DNA of 63,763 nt, the filler included, from Craspedostauros australis (taxonomy: Eukaryota): the NCBI GenBank assembly GCA_030167865.1. It is 10 parts of 10 records of this genome, joined end to end, with 100 filler letters (N's around TTAATTAATTAA, not from the genome) between each part and the next. Parts side by side here need not be neighbours in the genome. Positions count along the whole stretch, not along the records: positions 49,241 to 51,997 come from JALAGF010004747.1; positions 52,098 to 59,027 come from JALAGF010004749.1; positions 59,128 to 60,844 come from JALAGF010004751.1; positions 60,945 to 63,763 come from JALAGF010004752.1; 6 more parts are not named here. The stretch is one strand, 5' to 3'. Both the position numbers and the translations under genes were made by a program. The notes under the pieces are model-generated. The model searched no databases and had not been told where the DNA came from. It saw only the letters and a list, made by a program, of their open reading frames with translations. Position 1 is the stretch's first letter; each line of letters starts with the position of its first letter. This document shows, piece after piece, positions 49,241-62,729 of this stretch.

Positions 49241-51997
49241 CCAACTACAGGAGGATGGCACAAGTCCCATGAAATGGCTGACTTGTGGGGGAGGAGGGGG
49301 AAGTCAACACCATCAACTGTGATATTCACACATCCACGTGCTCACACACATATACATTCACCACACCACACCACACAAGATAACACAGGATATCACATGT
49401 GACTATTACACTGCACACCATGACACATTATATCACACAAGAATATGGGATACAACACACTCAACAGTGTCAACATGACAGTGCATGGATACAGATCAGT
49501 AGCTGTGATCACCAGTCTTCGATTGAGTTGAAATGTCACTTTCTGAAATAACACGGTTGTTACGCTAAGGTTACAGGTTACTGTAAACCCTAACCCTAAT
49601 GATAGCCCTAATATGGTCCGCAGGTGCAACCAATCAAACCCTAATGTACGAGGATTTAACACGGTGACGTACGACGGCCAGACCGAAGTTTGGGTCGATT
49701 GACGGNCGACGTACAGACGTTTGTATGGGCACTCAATACACACGGTCGACGTACGGACGTTTTTGTATGGAAAATGTCGATGATCCGCAACTCCTCGAAA
49801 GTACGGACGAATGTTCATCATCCGCAACTCCCAAACAACACGAGATAGTACGAGCCACGCGATACACCGTGTTAAAGATGTACACAACGCTACACCACGA
49901 TGAGCACTTGTTCGCGTACATCTATGTGTAGAGACACACGCAGCCCGTCCATACACACACATCAACCCCTCTACCATCTTCAACGGACCTCTACAACGTG
50001 AGATATCGATGATCAAAGTACTCAACATCAACCAGTACTCGCAATACACAGTGTCATGTACATGTAAGCACACACACATGTTTACAATGCCCATACGCAC
50101 GTGTGACATTGAGAACCACACTCTGAATCGACTTGGTGATGGAGATAGTGATGCATGAGTACAACACAAACAACATGTGATAACACGTGCAACCACGTTA
50201 CTGTAAGATGAACATGGTCAATGGCAGATGAACATCGTCAATGGCAAATGAACTATCTGTTAACATCAAATGAACTATTGTTAACACATTCCAACTACAG
50301 GAGGATGGCACAAGTCCCATGAAATGGCTGACTTGTGGGGGAGGAGGGGGAANNNNNNNNNNNNNNNNNNNNNGGAGGATGGCACAAGTCCCATGAAATG
50401 GCTGACTTGTGGGGGAGGAGGGGGAAGTCAACACCATCAACTGTGATACTCACACATCCATGTGCTCACACACACGCACACACACACATTGCCACATGGT
50501 ACAACCAGCCACAACACATGACAACACATGAGACCAAGATGCAACAGTCAACACACAATGAACTCTCTGTCAACACCATTCCAACTACTGGAGGATGGCA
50601 CAAGTCCCATGAAATGGCTGACTTGTGGGGGAGGAGGGGGAAGTCAACANNNNNNNNNNNNNNNNNNNNNNNNNNNNNNNNNNNNNNNNNNNNNNNNNNN
50701 NNNNNNNNNNNNNNNNNNNNNNNNNNNNNNNNNNNNNNNNNNNNNNNNNNNNNNNNNNNNAATGGCTGACTTGTGGGGGAGGAGGGGGAAGTCAACACCA
50801 TCAACTGTGATACTCACACATCCACATGCTCACACACACACACACACATGCACACACCGTACAACCAGTCACAACACACGACAACACGTGAGACCGTGAT
50901 GCAACAGTCAACACCAAATGAACTATTGTTCACACATTCCAACTACAGGAGGATGGCACAAGTCCCATGAAATGGCTGACTTGTGGGGGAGGAGGGGGAA
51001 CAACACCATCAACTGTGATACTCACACATCCACGTGCTCACACACACACACACACACACTGCCACACAGTACAACCAGCCACAACACACAACAACATGTG
51101 AGACCGTGATGCAACAGTCAACACACAATGAACTATCTGTCAACACCAAGTGAACTATCTGTCAACACCATTCCAACTACTGGAGGATGGCACAAGTCCC
51201 ATGAAATGGCTGACTTGTGGGGGAGGAGGGGGAACAACACCATCAACTGTGATACTCACACATCCATGTGCTCACTCACACACACACACTGCCACACGGT
51301 ACAACCAGCCACAACACACAACAACACATGAGACCGTGATGCAACAGTCAACACACAATGAACTATCTGTCAACATCAAATGAACTATCTGTCAACACCA
51401 TTCCAACTACTGGAGGATGGCACAAGTCCCATGAAATGGCTGACTTGTGGGGGAGGAGGGGGAAGTCAACACCATCAACTGTGATACTCACACATCCACA
51501 TGCTCACACACACACACACTGCCACACCGTACAACCAGCCACGACACACAACAACATGTGAGACCGTGATGCAACAGTCAACACCAAATGAACTATTGTT
51601 AACACATTCCAACTACTGGAGGATGGCACAAGTCCCATGAAATGGCTGACTTGTGGGGGAGGAGGGGGAANNNNNNNNNNNNNNNNNNNNNNNNNNNNNN
51701 NNNNNNNNNNNNNNNNNNNNNNNNNNNNNNNNNNNNNNNNNNNNNNNNNNNNNNNNNNNNNNNNNNNNNNNNNNNNNNNNNNNNNNNNNNNNNNNNNNNN
51801 NNNNNNNNNNNNNNNNNNNNGTACAACCAGCCACAACACACAACAACATGTGAGACCGTGATGCAACAGTCAACACACAATGAACTATCTGTCAACATCA
51901 AATGAACTATTGGTAACACATTCCAACTACAGGAGGATGGCACAAGTCCCATGAAATGGCTGACTTGTGGGGGAGGAGGGGGAACAACACCATTCCA
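49241..51997. repeat. Satellite-like tandem repeat, unit about 206-234 bp, with an invariant hairpin + G-tract core; interrupted by about 0.85 kb of unique sequence
   Basis: Core GGAGGATGGCACAAGTCCCATGAAATGGCTGACTTGTGGGGGAGGAGGGGGAA recurs near 49250, 50300, 50374, 50590, 50761 (partial), 50948, 51182, 51412, 51618 and 51932. Internal N gaps indicate a collapsed array. Confidence 0.92.
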
Positions 51998-53373
51998 NNN
52001 NNNNNNNNNNNNNNNNNNNNNNNNNNNNNNNNNNNNNNNNNTTAATTAATTAANNNNNNNNNNNNNNNNNNNNNNNNNNNNNNNNNNNNNNNNNNNNTCT
52101 GAAATGATATCTATTGTACAGATTGAGCCAAAGAATGCTCAGCGCGGAGACTTCAAAGATGGAGGGTCGAATTTCTCGAAACAAGAGGCCAGATCCTACC
52201 AGACCCCTGTAGAATCCTACTTGTAGCCAAATGTAGCCAATGAAAACCCGGTCCGTCCTTCGTCCGAAGGCAAAACCACACCAAGGGGGTCAACAAACAC
52301 AAAAAGATCGATGAGATGGTAGTAACAACATTATAATGTTAACACTTGCCTGGATAGCCCTGGCTCTTAAGTTTACGTAGATGTGAAGAGATGTTGGATT
52401 GAGTGTCTATAAAACGAAGGCGGAGTTTGGGAAAAACTGATCCAAAATCTGTAGCCAACTGTAGCCAATAATCGCCAATAATCGCCAATTTTTGGGGTCC
52501 GTTTGTTTGAGGCACTAGAACAAGTGGACCAAGAGTGGCTTTGGAGACGGATTTTGCTCCCACATCAAGAATTGATACTTGAAGTGGTTCTTTTCTCGTT
52601 GAAGTTGCATTCTTGGAGTTCACGTACATCAATCCAAAGACACAACATGACGGCCCCAAGGCCACAAAAACGAGCTGGACCAAAGTATGTCAAAACGCGA
52701 AATCGCCACTACCGTTCGAGTAGAAGCACGAGCACCCAGCGAGAAGCTCGCTTGACAGCTTTGTCATCCTGTGGGTGATCGGCGCCATCGCGGCCAACGC
52801 CAGCTGCCCCGATCACAACGACTCCGCGTGCACGAGCATCTGGTCGCCTCCGCCGCCGTTGTTCTTGGTGCTGTTGCTGCTCTTGCCGCAACGACATCCA
52901 CCACTCCTGGCGACAATGGTGCGTGACTTCGCATTCTGCACATTTCTGTATGTGATCGAAAAGACCAACAGTCTTCGCGACAGACCAGCCTTGATCTCCT
53001 GTCAGAACTCATCCGCAGTCGACCCTGTTCTGTTCTGTTCCGTTCTCGAAGAAACCCCGCCACCGCGCTCTTCACACATAGCCGTACCGTGATCCGCCTC
53101 CACAGATCGTCAGCGGTCGTAGGTTTCAGTACTGGAACTCAATAGCAGCAGCAGTCTTGGTGAGACAGATCGTTGTGCTCCTCAGGCCAAGGGTGAGTTC
53201 TCGCTGTTCGGGCATCGTGACAGCATTGCCACCATCAAGAGGCCAAACATCCAAAAATTCGACCAAGAGCAATCAACAAAGCAACCGACAAGCACACCAA
53301 GCGATCAATCAACGAACGAAGCTACCGGGAATCCAACACTCCCATTATTCGCACAGAATACGAAGAAGCAAGC

Positions 53374-55132
53374 ATGAACATCTCGACGGCTCCTCGATGG
53401 AGCGACGATGACGAACGACGTGAACTTGAGGGTTTGTCAGACATTGAGCGCCAGCGCGTCCAAAATGACTTGTTCGGTCGCATATCCTCGTCGATGACCA
53501 AGCTTGGCTGTGGCAATAGAAGTAACAACAACAACAACACCAACAATAACAACACCAACGATAGCAACAGCGACGGTGGTCACAGCGACGATGGGGCCAA
53601 CAGACGCTTCATCGGGTCTTCTGAAGCAAAGCCTTACGGCGACGCCCAGAAGATGGTCGAATTAGTTGCGCAGCTGGAATCAGCTCCATACAGCCAAAAG
53701 GAGCCGTATGAGATTGCACGGGATCAGGCACCGGATGTGGTAAGAGCCGAGGCCAAACTTGACCTCTTCCTTAGACGAGAGGATGGTCATGTGGGATCAG
53801 CTTGCGAGAGAGTTTGCTCTTACTGGTCCACTCGCAAAGACCTATTCCAGGAGAGATGCAACCGCCCCTTGCTCGTCGAACGCCCGGCTTCTTGCAGCAG
53901 TCAATTTGATGCAGAGCATGGTGCCTTGCAGCCCGAAGACCTGACCCTGCTGAGATCAGGTCTATGCCAAATCCTTCCCAACGATCAGCATGGCCGGCCT
54001 GTCGTCTTCTTCCGCCGCACGGCATTTTGGCAAGACCACTCCAAGTGCAAGTCACTCATGAGATGCTGGTTCTTCATCTTGTCCCGCGCGTTGAAGAAGC
54101 AGCAGCACAGTGACAGCGGCATCGTCGTGATCTGCAACTTCAAGGTAAGCATCAGATGGGCAAGCGACCCAACCTCATGAAATACTCTACGTGGGCATGT
54201 CTCATGTAAGATCTGTGGCGGAGGGCCGTATGGGCACTCGGTATCGTGCACTGGCATGACTCTTTCTCCACCACCACATCTATCGCTTGCAGAGATGGAG
54301 ATCTGCTCGTCCAGTCCACTGCGAGTTTGGCATCATGGCTACCAGTATGTCAGGTGGCCACTTCGTTTGTCACATGTCAGGCAATGGAACTGTGCATCCT
54401 TGTTCTGTCTCCAAGGGATCGATCTAACACACTTTGCCCTGCAATTGTATCCATCTGCATCTGCACTCATATGCATACATATCTCACATGTACATGCGCA
54501 TTTCCTTTCGATCTGATCAATACCCATGCTCGTATCCCCACACTCCTGCATCCACGTTCCTACATTCACGCTTCCATCCTGTTCAGTACTTTGAGTCGAG
54601 TGATTTCGATCGAAGGGCGTTCAAGGCATTCTTCAACATGCTCATGAACACCATCCCAGTCAGAGTTTCGGCTCTGCACTTCTGCTATGTTTCACGCCGT
54701 TCAGCATTCGAGTTAGTGCTGCCGGTCATCAAGCAGCTGATGTGCCCACACCTGCGACGCCGCCTACTCGAGCATGTTGGCGACAACGCTGCGATTTGTT
54801 CTGAACTGACTGGGCAGTGTGGCATCATTCATCTCCACCAGTCTCTTGGCGGTGAGATCCCGGACACTTGCGTATTCAGCGAGAACCCAGCATGGGCAAG
54901 ACAAGAAGCCCCTGGCTCGGCAGTTGATGTCCAGAAGTCACCGAGGAAACAGCATCTTCGGGCTGCGCTTCTTGACCGACCGAATTTCAAGCGCCACTCA
55001 GCCATCGACAATGGCCTTTGCGAGATCTCTCCGAAGCTGGTGGGGCTGCTCCAGACCAATGGATCCATCTCAAGGAGAGCCACGTCCTTCTCGGCATCAG
55101 GGCCGTCTTGGCAGATCGAGAACTTTAAATGA
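53374..55132 (+). CDS. CRAL-TRIO (Sec14-like) domain protein; exons 53374-54144 and 54587-55132
   Basis: LFLRRE...ACERVCSYWSTRKDLF and LPNDQHGRPVVFF. GIVVICNFK|YFESSDFDR spans a phase-0 intron (AAG|GTAAGC ... TTCAG|TAC). Also IPVRVSALHFC, LRRRLLEHVG and LHQSLGG. Confidence 0.85.
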
Positions 55133-58100
55133 CGCGCACGGCAACGAAGTGCATTTGGAGAGCCTGCTGAGAGCAGGATTCACATGAAACATGTGTGGTC
55201 GAGGATGAGATTGAGAGGATGGAGCAGTATGAAGACTCTCATATCAATCATTACTGACACCCCGATGGCATTGCGTGGTGCAACTACATGGTGCAACTGC
55301 GGCCAGAGCGTTGTGGGTATTCAGCCAGCACCACTGGTCACGTTGCCGCGACGGGCGAGTAAAAGCCTCAACCTCCAACAACGCTTTGGGTGGCAAGCGA
55401 AGTCAGGAAACAAAGAATGCAACCGTGCCGTGCATTACGCAAGAGGGATAATCGATTGGGCATCGCGAGAGGCTCCCTGGGGCCGAGATACACCATTGCC
55501 TGATGATACGAGAGTACATTCCACCCTTGATCGTCTCAAGGAGTGTGTTGGCACCAGAAAACCGGATCCGCCATGTTCTGCATCTCAGCCTGATTCAAGC
55601 TCGTTCTGTGTACGATACGTGAGTTTGCACAGAGCAGGCACGCTCACTTGAAGTGTGCGCTTCCGCGATACGTACGTACTTTACGAGCACACATGTCGAG
55701 ACCACTGACAAGGGGAAGAACCAAGTCAATTTTTGTCTACTTAGAATTCATATTACACAATCGTATAATAAGTAATATTATATTATATGATACTATATTG
55801 TATTGCATTGTATTATATGTGAGATTCTTTGTGATATGTGGCGTGAGGCTCGATGGATGGAACATTAGCCATTAACTGGAAGGAAGTTGCCGATTGCTGC
55901 CATCGTTGGAGCTTCTCGCAGAGGTCCAGATGATGGAGCAAACGGAGACGCGTCTGCTTGGCCCCGGATGCGCGACGCTGCTCCTCTGCCGAGACCCGCA
56001 TTTCGCTTGGCGCTCAGCCTCACGAAGTTCAACATCGAACAACTCTCACCCGTGCTCATACCTGCGTGCCGATTGGCTGCCAACGGCTGGGGATAACAGT
56101 GCACAAAGGTTCCATTTCCATTTCCCATTTCTTGGGCCTGTTGCGCCACAAACCTCAACGAACTGAACTGACAGAGAGTTCGCCGAAGCCCCGGGCGTCG
56201 TCCATGCCCTCCTGGGAGGGACAAAGGGAGATCGAGTTGAAAACGACGATCAACCATCCCGAAACCGAAGCTTCGTGGATACGATGCCAATCGAGATCAG
56301 GTGACGCGATTCGTCGATGGAGTTGCCTCGCCGTTCCAGTCCTCAGTCTATTGTTGGAGAGCAGGTCCCCGGACACAACGCCGTCAGCGTTCCTTCGCCT
56401 TCTAACCCACACACTGGTCGACGGACGGGCAGATGGGATCCTTCTCATATCATGATCTGCTGTGCCTGTCTGCATGAATCCACACGGAGTCCTCCGTATT
56501 TTGCCAGTCGTACAAGTACCATGGAGACTCGCCGCAATTAGCGCGTCTTGTATAATGTGTGGTATAAGTGCATGGATTAGAGTACGTAGAGTACTCCAGA
56601 TGACCATTTCCATTGGTGATCGTGTGTGCGAGCATCACACTTTTGCAGAATGTGCCAGCGTCCTCGTGTGGGCGTCCCCTCTCGAGAACCTGTTCATCAC
56701 CACCAGAGATCAGACATTCACGCATGTTGCGGGAATCAGGAAGGAACCGTGTTGGCTAAAACACGAATAGATCACAAACCACCCAAACCTCATGGTCGTG
56801 GACGAAAGAGAAAAAAATCAGTCGACACCTTTCTGGCGCGAACCTGCATGCGCAGTTGTCCGTGTTGGTGAAAGGATGACAGGCGCGTGACGTCATGCTG
56901 TCGTTGATCGTATTCATTCAGTGGAGGTGGTTGTAAGGGTCATAATTTCATAATCTGGGCCTCTCGACCAATCATATCGCTCCATTTAGGGCACAAGATA
57001 CCTTTTGGCTCCTCGTCGAATTGGGGGTCAACGTCCACATAACGTCAATCGAAATAATTATGAACTCGTTGTCCGCGAATATGAACGCTCCTCGGAGACC
57101 GTTCATAATTTCATAATCTCTCTGACGAGTCGTGGTAGTCCAAAATTCGTTCTCAACGGCTGCATCGGAGCAAAACTTTGTGATCACACCAGATTGATCC
57201 GATGTGCTCTACTGCAAATTGATTATTCGTGCACACCCATTGCATCGCAACTCTCTGTTGCAGTTCAACTCCTTCTTTACATGCACCTAGTGTAACTCTG
57301 TATTTATCATCTGATGAACTCCAGCAGATCATATCTTCCCCCACCATCATGACTTCCACCCTCCAGTATCATCGCCGGCACCAGGCTGCCTTGATTCCGT
57401 CATCTTTGTCATTCTCAAGCATCTTGCTGCACAGCAGCGCCTTCTCATGTGTGCTTGTGGCACACTGCATCCTTGACACCATGCCAACAAGTGAGCGAAG
57501 GGGTCCGTACCTCAGCTCAAGCATCTTCCATCATCAAGCATTATCTTTCAGGTCTTTGATTTGAGAGTATAGTGACTCCATGGAGTTCTACAACTTCATC
57601 AGGCTTACCAGGCCATCGTTCGATCGATTGGCATAACTGCTATAGCCCGGCATTGAAGCGTTGCCCGTCGATCTGTGAGACACGACACCACCATGACCAT
57701 CATATATTTGCTGTTGTAAGTTTGACTACATCAATATCACTGCCATTACAATGAAGTATCTGACTTCCAAGTCAGAATTGAAGAACCATTTCTGGTAGGA
57801 TCTGCCTTCGTTGGAAGGTTGGAAGAGATCTTGGAGGACGTAGGGAGCAATGGACATGGTGAAGGCTGAAGTTGAGGCAACGGAAGATCACTCTTGCAAA
57901 ACAGGGACTGTGGATGACAATTGTAACCTGACATACGAAGCGATGGCTCTTGAGAAGAAAGCAAAGGAAGATGTGGAATGCATCAATGATACCCAGAAGC
58001 AAAGAAGGTGCGAGTGGGAAGCTACAATGGCCATTTGTATCATCAAAGCATTGACAATGAGACGATTGGTGAGCAAATGATTGCACTGAATGCTGCGATG

Positions 58101-58739
58101 GTTGGGATAGGTAAGTTGAGTGTTCAATGAATGAAGGAGTGGACACCAGCAGCACAGCCGATGGAGAAAGGAAGACAGAGGGAAGCAGGAAAGCGACGAC
58201 GCTTGGAGAGTAGTATGGAGATGAACTGCGGATGGCACGGAGCGACACATATGTACATACAAACACATTCATCTGGTTTATGGCAGTTGAAAACTGCACT
58301 TAGGCAAGACACATGTATTTGTGGGTTGTGTGAAGCAGCAAGAGATATGCGACACTGAAGCTGTGAATGTGTCAACATACGACCCCATTCAGCGAGGTCG
58401 AGCATAATCCTGTCAATGTTGAATTGGACAACATGACATTTTAGCAAGCTATGTAGCATGTTGTCCACTAGGGTTAGATATATATAGATAGCTCTTACAA
58501 CCCTAATACATGGCTTGTCCTCACTGTGGACAAGAATGATGCTGTCGTTGTTGGTTGATTTCAGACTGCGATGGTATCCAACAGAGTGGGTAGTGATGTT
58601 GTGACAGCTTCAGTGTCTTGTTGATTCCTCATGTTGTGGACAATTGGGCTCTGTTGTGCGTTTCCTCCCTTGTACATGTTGTGCCAAGTAGCACAGGGTT
58701 GTTTTTGGCATCCCTACACGTTCACGTCTACATTCACGG

Positions 58740-59027
58740 CAACAGCAGCAGCAGCTTCGCCAGATCGACTGGCGTACATACAAGACGGCGCGACAATCCA
58801 AGATGAACCGTGGGTCCACGCGTTTCATCTCCAAGTGGGCCTCGGGCTTTGTGGGCGTCAACCACAAACTTCATCAGGCAGGCCAGCTGCAGTCGCCGAA
58901 ATGCAAGTTCTGTGCCAGCAACGAGACCACTCAACACGTTCTTCGTTGCCCGGAGCATCAGGAAGCATGGGATGGGGCCACTTCTGGCCTAATCGATCGC
59001 ATGGTTCAGATCGGGACCGCCCCAAGG
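58740..59027 (+). mobile_element. Fragment of a non-LTR retrotransposon C-terminal region (zf-RVT-like CCHC finger)
   Basis: QIDWRTYKTAR...RFISKWASG...SPKCKFCASNETTQHVLRCP, running into the contig end. Confidence 0.65.
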
Positions 59028-59127
59028 NNNNNNNNNNNNNNNNNNNNNNNNNNNNNNNNNNNNNNNNNNNNTTAATTAATTAANNNNNNNNNNNNNNNNN
59101 NNNNNNNNNNNNNNNNNNNNNNNNNNN

Positions 59128-60844
59128 GCTGTGATGGCCAAGAGGCAGGATCGTGTTCATGTCCTATCGGACATAACACAGACATAAATAAGACATAAAT
59201 ACGCATCAGAACATGAGATGACCCGGATGTGCAGAGAATGTGCAGTTTGCAGGGAAGATGTCGACGCATGCGTGCATGCGCGAGGAATGTGCAGTTTGCA
59301 GGGAAGATGTCGACAAATGTGCGGATGCGGGGAAAATGTGCAGATCGTTGGGAAGATGCTGACAGATGTCCGGATGAGCGTACGAATGTTGACAAATGCG
59401 ACGTTGTGCACGAAATGTGCAGATCGCAGGGAAGATGTCGACACATGCGCGGATGCGCGGAGAATGTGCATGATGTGCAGTGCATGCGCGAGGAATGATG
59501 TGTGAAGGATGTTGTCGTGATGGGCGTGCACCGCACGCGCAGTCCTCGTTGCGCATGCGGAGGATGTGCTGTGCAGAGCGCGCATTGGCATCATCCAGAC
59601 GCAATTGGAATTTGTCGGTGAGGCACGCGCATGCTGAGAGGCACATGACATCAAAACTCGCATGCGAGTACGCATAGCCGGACAAACAATTGCATGCGAT
59701 GGCGTTTCCCTTGGGGAAATTGTGCAGACTAAGAGTTGATTCACGATGTGCGCCTGTTCTGCAACAGGTCAGGGAGTGCCGGTTCGCATCTCTTATTGCT
59801 CCCCCATGACGCCATCACTGACAGGTAAATGCGCAACGGCGTTTCGATGGAAGTGCTGTTCTGCACCAAAACAGAGAATACGATCAGTTCAATCGCGCAC
59901 CATCAACACATCCGCGCCTTGACGAAGGGAGATCCGTCTTCACTGCACTTGCCCGCACTTTCCATCCAGTCATTGCAAATGCAGTAGCAAAAATACAGAA
60001 GTGCAACACCCTCTTGTGCCGTGGTGACCTGTTGATGCTGATCCGGCTTCTGCCAATGGTGCATGTGGTGACTCCCCATTGTCCAAACCTGCCGTTGCTG
60101 TTTTTCTCACGAAAAGAGGGAGAACTGTTCAGGTTGCCGCAATGATCGTGTGCATGACATCATTGTGATATTTTTGTATGGATGCCGGGCGCAACTTCGA
60201 TCGGAGGAGAAAGAAAGAGATCGCGATGATGTTGATGTGGTTGGACTTGCTCGATTTCTCCAACTCCTCGTGCGCGTGTCAGCTCCAATCCAGTCGCCGC
60301 CGCCCACGTCATACCATCCGCATGCATCCATGTACAACTAACACAGAACCTCCTTGTATCTGGTCATTGGCATCTTGATCACTGTTTGCCAGTATCGACC
60401 GCGCGCAAGGATTGCAGAAGTACGCGCTGTCTCGCAGAACAAAACAGAGGAGAGCCAACGCCCGCAGTCACACCGCGTTGTGCTCTGCCGTGGTACGCGA
60501 ACGATCATGCCCTTGCGACCATACCAGTGCCATACGAGCCAAGATGAGCAGTGCTATTCGAATGACAATCATCTTGCTATTGCAACACACAAGTGCAAAA
60601 GTGTCTCAATGAAACACTACATCAATGACAACTGGTTTGTGAACTGAATAGAGTGCGAGCAGAGCAAGGTGGAGTAGAGTATTGTAGGAGTAGAGCAGTA
60701 GCTATCAGTGCAACAATGCACGAATGTGCCAACAACAACGGTCCACTTCCATTTTGTGATGACAGCAGCAGCATGTTTGTGTGGTTCTTCTCGCATGGCA
60801 CGTTGTGTGTTGTGTTCTTTGGCGCACACTGAGATGGACAAAGT
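59128..60844 (+). mobile_element. Second, diverged copy of the internal region of the 5-kb TIR element (matches about 25640-27284)
   Basis: Collinear shared blocks, e.g. AATGCGACGTTGTGCACGAAATGTGCAGATCGCAGGGAAGATGTCGACACATGCGCGGATGCGCGGAGAATGTGCATG and GATGAGCAGTGCTATTCGAATGACAATCATCTTGCTA. Confidence 0.9.
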
Positions 60845-61416
60845 NNNNNNNNNNNNNNNNNNNNNNNNNNNNNNNNNNNNNNNNNNNNTTAATTAATTAA
60901 NNNNNNNNNNNNNNNNNNNNNNNNNNNNNNNNNNNNNNNNNNNNGAGCATGTTGCTTCTCAACTGCCAATGTTACCGTCTATCAGTGCATTTGGTTCCGG
61001 TGTGATGAAATGGTGTGCGGTGTATAGTAGAGAGTTATCGCATGTAACTTTAAGCCGTCCCCTGAAACTGTCGATGTGACGCGATTTGGGACGCCTCCCC
61101 CAAAGGTTCGCTGTGACATTGAATCTTGGAAGGACTGAAGTAAATCAAAGTAATCATACGATGACATCATCAAAGTTGTCTAGCCTTATCCATGTTTTCG
61201 AGTAGCCTGCTTTGGCGCGAGATTCTCACAAGAGGAAGTTCGTTTCTCTCCACTTGTCGTTTCCGTTCACAACGAACAAAAAAATGTTCAACTCTTCCAC
61301 TTGCATGTTCGTGCTTGTTCGTATCTTTGCCTCCTCTTCCGTTTCAGTGGCTCTGCCATGTTGGTCATATGCACCACTTGCCTCGCATGTGTTCTCACAA
61401 TGGACTTCTCCGAAAG

Positions 61417-62631
61417 ATGTCTCAACGCGTGTGGAATTGCTTGCCCGAGCGCGAGGCCTGTGCAGAGGCAAGGGCCAGATTCGTGCATGCCGCTACATGG
61501 CTAGCTCAGCTTCCAATAGACAATCTTGACGATGACGACATGGAGGATCTCCTTCTGCACTTCCGCGATGTGCTTGCCCTTGGTGTGCACACGCTGCGAC
61601 TGTAGCATCAATACCTTCTTCCACTGGATCCTCCCCGGATTCATAGCAATCGCGGCGTCACAATTCGTCAGCTGTCAGAGAGGGATGCTCTGAAACACTT
61701 CCGGTTTCGGAAGGACCACCTGCGTCGAATCCTCGTCGCGCTTTGGCCCAAATTCAACGCTGTGTCTAGTGAGGCCGATCCCAGATCTATACAGGTCAAG
61801 AATCGTTTGGCTGTGTCCTTCGAGGTCGGTGTTCTGATCATGCTGTATCAATTGGCTCATCGAGATCGATTGATTGACATGGAGGATCGCTTCGATATGG
61901 ATGTCAACAGGCTTTCTTGTATCTGTTCCACCTTCTTTCTTTACTTCTATGAAATCGCGGCTCCATACCTGAGTGACATTGGGCTGTTCTACCCTCGCTT
62001 TCAGCAGTACGCTGACAATGTCTGCAAGCTCACAAAACAATTGGTCAACAATGTCATCGGCTTCGTCGACGGGACGTTCTCTGCGACATGCCGACCAACC
62101 TACAACCAAGAATTGGCATATTCTGGCCACAAACATCTGCACGGAGTAAAGTTCCAAGGGATTGTTGGTGCAGACGGATTGATTCTTCATTACTATGGGC
62201 CCATCCTGGGCGCCCGCCATGACATGCACATGTTGCGTGAGAGTGAAGTCGAGGATCGCTTGCGCCAATTGATGCCTTTGCCTGGTCACGATCCGCTGTA
62301 TCGTTTGTATGGCGATCCGGCGTACCAAACGACAGCATACATTCTTGGTGCATTTCGCAACACCACTCGGGGTTCTTCTGAAGCTCTGTGCAACAAGGAC
62401 ATGTCTAGTGCACGAATCTGTGTTGAGTGGGAGTTCATGGAGATCGGCAGGAACTTCCCATTGCTGGGGGTGAAGAATCAGCTCAAGATGTATTGGAATC
62501 CGCTCACCCACATGCAGTACATTGCGGCATTTTTCACCAACCTTCGTTGCACACTCTATGGCAATGAGCAATCATCACGATACACATCTGAAAAGCTGTC
62601 CATGGAGGAGTATATCAGCTTGATTCCATGA
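61417..62631 (+). mobile_element. PIF/Harbinger DDE transposase (DDE_Tnp_4), with in-frame TAG at 61603-61605
   Basis: HFRFRKDHL (N-terminal HTH region), GFVDGTF, YSGHKHLHGVKFQ, GARHD, LYGDPAY and RICVEWEF. ORFs 61192-61605 and 61762-62631 share one frame. The start at 61417 is inferred. Confidence 0.88.
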
Positions 62632-62729
62632 TCCAATTGGCTGTCGTTCATTTCAATAATGTGCACTTTCGATAGTGCCATACATAATCAACTGTTACTA
62701 TTTCCTAGTTACATCACGTTCGTGGCGCA

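Noticed and set aside
49241..51997. CRISPR-like array (hairpin repeat with intervening sequence)
   Set aside because: The intervening sequences are near-identical rather than unique spacers, units exceed 200 bp, there are no cas genes, and the context is eukaryotic.
19040..60900. Regularly recurring TTAATTAATTAA 12-mer
   Set aside because: Always centred in N44/N44 and encoding six-frame stops, so it is an assembly linker. ORFs ending in ...LIN and gene adjacency across linkers are not trustworthy.
14918..61605. Stop-codon reassignment suggested by in-frame stops (TAG 14918, TAG 22567, TGA 29499, TGA 42136, TAG 61603)
   Set aside because: They are confined to decaying paralogs and transposons. 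Intact genes have none internally and terminate with TAG, TGA and TAA normally.
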